Source: Stegostoma tigrinum (lineage: Eukaryota). Taken from it: a stretch of DNA of 64,000 bases. The DNA lies in NCBI RefSeq assembly GCF_030684315.1, contig NC_081369.1:9276035-9340034 (forward strand), written 5' to 3'. Position 1 is the stretch's first letter, and every line of letters starts with the position of its first letter. The position numbers were made by a program, and so were the translations under genes. The notes beneath the pieces were generated by a model. The model had not been told where the DNA came from and did not search any database. It worked only from the letters and a program-made list of their open reading frames with translations. Positions 59,371 to 64,000 of this stretch are shown one piece after another.

Positions 59371-60899
59371 TTCCAAATTCAGCCAGATCCACAGTGTTTT
59401 GCTTTTGATTCAAGCTATGCATTGACTGGATTTTCTGTTTTATAATATTCCACTTAAAAATATTATGTTTATAGTATCTCCACTGCAACATTATTTTAAT
59501 TTGATATTCTGTATCAATTATCTTTCATGGGGAAGGTTGATTCCCTTATAATTTTTTGACTAATTTACTTTTCCATGTTATATCACAGTTAATTAGAAAG
59601 AGACTTGGGTACACAATCCACAATGAAATGCCAATGTGAGCAATTGGTTCAATGCTCAAAATGCCAAAATTCTGTAGTGCATTATAAAGAAAGTCCATCT
59701 ACTCTGTAAGATGTACTTAAAAGACCCCAGAACAAAATTTTAAGAAGAGCAGAGATGCTATTCTTAGCGCTCCAATTGATATCTATCAATAGAAATGATG
59801 AAAATAGATAAATCACCATCATCTTATTTCTGGTTCAAAAGCAATTCTGTCGGCAAGTTGACTGTTTGTACTCTTACAATGTTGACTGTGTTTCCAAAAT
59901 TATTTCATAGGATGTGGAGTACTTTCGGATAAACGCATCCATTCATTATTTTGACAATGCTAGCACTGCATCTTGATCAACACAGTCAAATACCATTCCA
60001 GGTTTTAAAACTGTTGGCATGTTAAATGTGTTCCCTGGATACTCTGTTCATATTAATTTTTGTTTTCCTTCCAGCTCCCAAATATGATATTCCAAAGACG
60101 CAATGCATTTGAAGATCTGCAGCAATAACAGTGAATCTGAAATGCAAAGTGAAAGGTTGAAATCAAAGCAGTACTCTAGTGCGAGCCGTGAGCTCAGACA
60201 AAACATCAAATGTTAACCAACCTGCATCAAAATGTAAGAATCAGTGTAAGAATAGGAGGGAACTTGTGCATCCCAGATGGTTGAAGAAGAAATCTGAAGT
60301 GTATTCCATAACAGCCATAGGTTCTCTTTGCAGAACACCTACATTGTTTTGAGCAGCATAGTTCATAAGTGTGTTCATAAAATAATTCCAGGGAGCAGCA
60401 ATATCATAAAATCACTGTATTTCATCATATTTGCTTACTCATACAAAACATTATTTTTGTGAATGAAAATCTCTGAATTGACAATACTCTTACCTCTGAT
60501 CAGTTTTGGTAGTTAGGCCAATGTTTTCAATTGGATTTTCACATTTTCCTGTAATCATTGTGGGTTTATTAATTGTTAAAGGAAGCCCATACATAGGAAA
60601 GTACCATGAGCACAAATCAAATTTATTTCCTGTTGGGTAATTGGGAAATTGTATGATAATTTAAAATGGCTGATAGGGAATTGACAGCCGATTATCCATG
60701 TCTGAATTTGTATTTACCAAGGCTAGGTAGAATATGCACAGCAAGAGCTCCTTCAATTATTGATACAGGAATAGAAAGTCACTGAAATGTACATTTTTCC
60801 TTTAGAGAATGTGAATTGGGAGTTAAAAAAATGGATAAATGGTGGTCCAATTCAACAAATATTTTGCTTCTAATTTCGTTATTGAGAATATACAACCAT

Positions 60900-62075
60900 T
60901 GCAGAAATAGCTGCTAATTAGAAGGCCGAGAGGAAAAGAGGAAATTTGTGAAATTATAATCATGACAGAAGCTGTGCTGAGAAAGCTATTGGATTTATAG
61001 GTTGAACTTCATCCTGTGGTCATAAAAGAGGCACCTAATGATGAAGTTGATTAAAGTACTCAAGATTCTGGGAAGATTCCATCAGACTGGAAAGTCAAAA
61101 ATGAATTGTCAACAGATTTTCATACTTTAAATGTGTGGGCAAAAATCTGACATAGATCATAGAATTCCTACTGTGTAGAAATAGTTCCTTCTGACCAACA
61201 ATTCCACACCACCCCTCAGAGCATCGGATCCAGACCCACCCCACTTAATCTATACATCCCTGAAAACTACGGGCAGTTTAGCACGGCCAATCCACCTACC
61301 CTGCACATCTTTGGACTGTGGGAGAAAACCGAGGAAACCCATGCAGACTAGGGGAGAATATACAAACTCCATACAGATAGTTGCCCAAGAACTTCTACTC
61401 CCTGATCAGGAAAATGTGAAGTTGTTCATTTTGGGACAATAAAAATGTGTATTATAAATACAGAAATAATGGAGAAATCTACAGCGGGGAGGGGTCCAGG
61501 TGCTCTGATTCACAAATCAAAAATGGTAATGCAAAGATACAGCAAGTATTCAAGACCAATGGAATGGCATCCTTCACTATGAGAAAAAAAGTTAACATTA
61601 AAGTAAGCATGTTATGCATCGGTTACTTAGGGCATTTATAAGACCACATTTCAAATGCAATGTGTAATTTTTGTCTCTTTATTTAAGGGTGCAAGCATGT
61701 AAGTACATTGGAGATGGTTCTGAGGAGATTTAACATATTGACAACTTTCAACGCCGATTGTCCTTTGGGGATATATCGGACAGGCTGGGCTTGTTTCCTC
61801 CAGGGTTTAAAAGAGCGAATGTCACTTTATTAAAGCTAATTCGTTTTTTCCTGGGATGGGGTTGTGTAACTCTGGTAATCTCTGTCTTAGAAATTAGTCA
61901 CCAGTGTCATTGCATATATTTTTAAGTGGAGTTAGGTAGATTCTTGTCAGACAAAGAAATCAAATGCAATCGAGAGGAGATAGGAATATGGAATTTAAAG
62001 CAAGCAAACCAGCCATTAACTTATTGAGAGGTGAAACACATTTGAGGAACTGATTGGGCTTCTGCTACAATTTCA
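60900..62075 (+). mobile_element. Decayed CR1 with nested HE1 SINE fragment (61155-61390, minus)
   Basis: CR1 motifs (tcagactggaaag, agaccacatttc) flank HE1 sequence cacatctttggactgtgggag. Confidence 0.75.
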
Positions 62076-64000
62076 TACAAGTGTACATTCTTATTTTCAT
62101 ACAACATTTGGAACATCATGAGCTCTTTCGTATCCAGTGCGCAGAATTCAGCTGATTATTCAGCTACTTTACATTGTGCATCATTTCATGCCCCAGTCAT
62201 TTACACTTTGTAGAATTTCATTTTCTTTTTATGTTCAATTGATTAATTTGTACGCAGACTTATAATATCCATGCACATCACTGCCTAGAATCTTCTACCC
62301 TTTATTTTCAGTATGCCCGATCTAATGCTCAATATTTTTAACACATTCAACTATGAATTTCTGTGTCCTCACCAAATTCACACATTCTATTGCATTCAAA
62401 AGCTGAATGATGCAACTACTTACATTGCTGTGATAAAAATCATATTATGTGATTATGTTAACTTAATATTCAAGCCTAATTAAAATAATTTTTTAACAAC
62501 ATGTTGACCTTAACAAAGAGTTCAACAAACAGACCACATGGAATTATTTCAGCAGAATAATTAGAAAGGAGATGACAAAAGATTGTTTTCACCCCGAGGC
62601 CGGTAAGAATCTTAATATCACTGCTAGTAAGTGTGGTTGAGACCAGCAACTTACACACTTGAAAAGTCTTTGGATGTCTGTTTTAACACCTATAACCTGC
62701 AAGGCAAGTGAACACATGCAGGAAGGTGTGATAATGCTAAGGAGCTTCTCGTTGACTGGCACAGACAAGATATGCACTGATGTTTATCAGTTGCTTGAGT
62801 CGTGTCTTATGACAATACTGCCTGGTTCTTGCCTCCAAACATTAGAACTCACGTTCTCTGGCCATTTACTGTTAATTCATTCTTAACATGACTCCTGAGG
62901 GCCTGGTGCCTTGTAACATAATAATGCTAGCCTCCTGCCTATCCCCGTCACTACTGACCCCAGCAATGCAGTTTTCAACTTGGAATCCTACCTCCTTTTC
63001 AATCATTTCATCTCCTCTGATGTTATTCAGTGAAACCACTGTGAAAGAGTGGAGAGCTGACTGTACCGCATGAGTTTAGCATGATTCAGTTCAGCTTCAG
63101 GCTGAATGCAGACAAAACAAACAGTCTTGGGAAAATCATTCAGCTTCATGCTATAGTCATGCTAATAAAGGTCTCTGGTGGAATGGGTTTGGGTAAGTCA
63201 TGAGGCCTGTACCCGAGCCTTGGGGAAGCAAATTGTTCAGCCATAAAAAAAAACTCAACATTTGGAAATTTGCAGATCAAGGTGTCAAAATCTTAAATAC
63301 AGCTGACTACATTTTAAAAAAGCAGGTTCTAAACTAGATATTACTGTATATTATAATGCTAGTGAATCAATTCCCTTCAGCATACATACTGAAGCCATTT
63401 GTAATGATGAGGCTAAGAACTTAATTCATTCACAAAACATATTGTCTTCCCATATCATAAGGAACGTCAAGAGTAATTGAATCTCTCTTTGCTTCTCCAC
63501 ACAGAAAGGTGACATGTGGGGATAAGATATTACACGACTAAATTTACTTGAGTAGCATTGCTCTTGACTCAGTGTTGGCAATCAATATCATGTGACACAT
63601 CAATAATGTGTGCTGTTATTGTCAATCTTGGCCTTGTTTCCTTTTAAGTGTTTTCATTGAATGGAAAATTTGTCGTTTGGTTACTTTTAGATATGTTGGC
63701 GCTGTAAATAAATGAAACCACCTGAAATATTTCAGTTATTGTGTGAAATTAGTAGCATGAGAGATTGTGCAATTCTAATGGTTTTCAAAATGTGTTGTGC
63801 AACTGAGCAATTGTAGGTCAGATATGAAGCTACTGCTTCCTGCCATTCTACTCCAAAGACTGACTGATAAAAATCACGAAGGCATGTTTCTAACCTCGAA
63901 GGGTATGCAATAATACTTAGCTTATTGTTTTAATGGAGAAATTTGTCATGTCGTAGCTTAACTTAGGCCCAACATAATTAGGATCTTCTGCATCAAGATT

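Overview
Eukaryotic, AT-rich, repeat-dense genomic DNA from a cartilaginous fish. The HE1 SINEs, HER1/CR1 LINEs and Penelope terminal repeats point to a shark, probably an orectolobiform (inference). Most of the supplied ORFs are noise or retroelement fragments. The real gene content is a + strand cluster of non-rearranging immunoglobulin-superfamily receptor genes, reconstructed here by hand from splice signals and phases. (1) An apparently intact leader-V(J-like)-C1-TM-cytoplasmic gene at 22869-29148, with a GC-AG intron, a transmembrane Arg and an ITIM-like last exon. (2) A pseudogene paralog: leader 49254, V 49578, TM 54220. (3) Orphan TM and ITIM-like exon remnants of a probable third paralog at 12.8-15.0 kb. 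Other notable items are a 119-bp tandem array whose units have C/D'/C'/D box snoRNA-like architecture (11.5-11.8 kb), many Penelope-derived short repeats carrying minimal hammerhead ribozyme cores (one in a long palindrome with head-to-head telomeric repeats at its apex), two degraded Neptune-type Penelope elements, a Ty3/Gypsy relic and a tRNA-Gln-like pseudogene. No searches were run; family names come from motif recognition and repeat boundaries are approximate.
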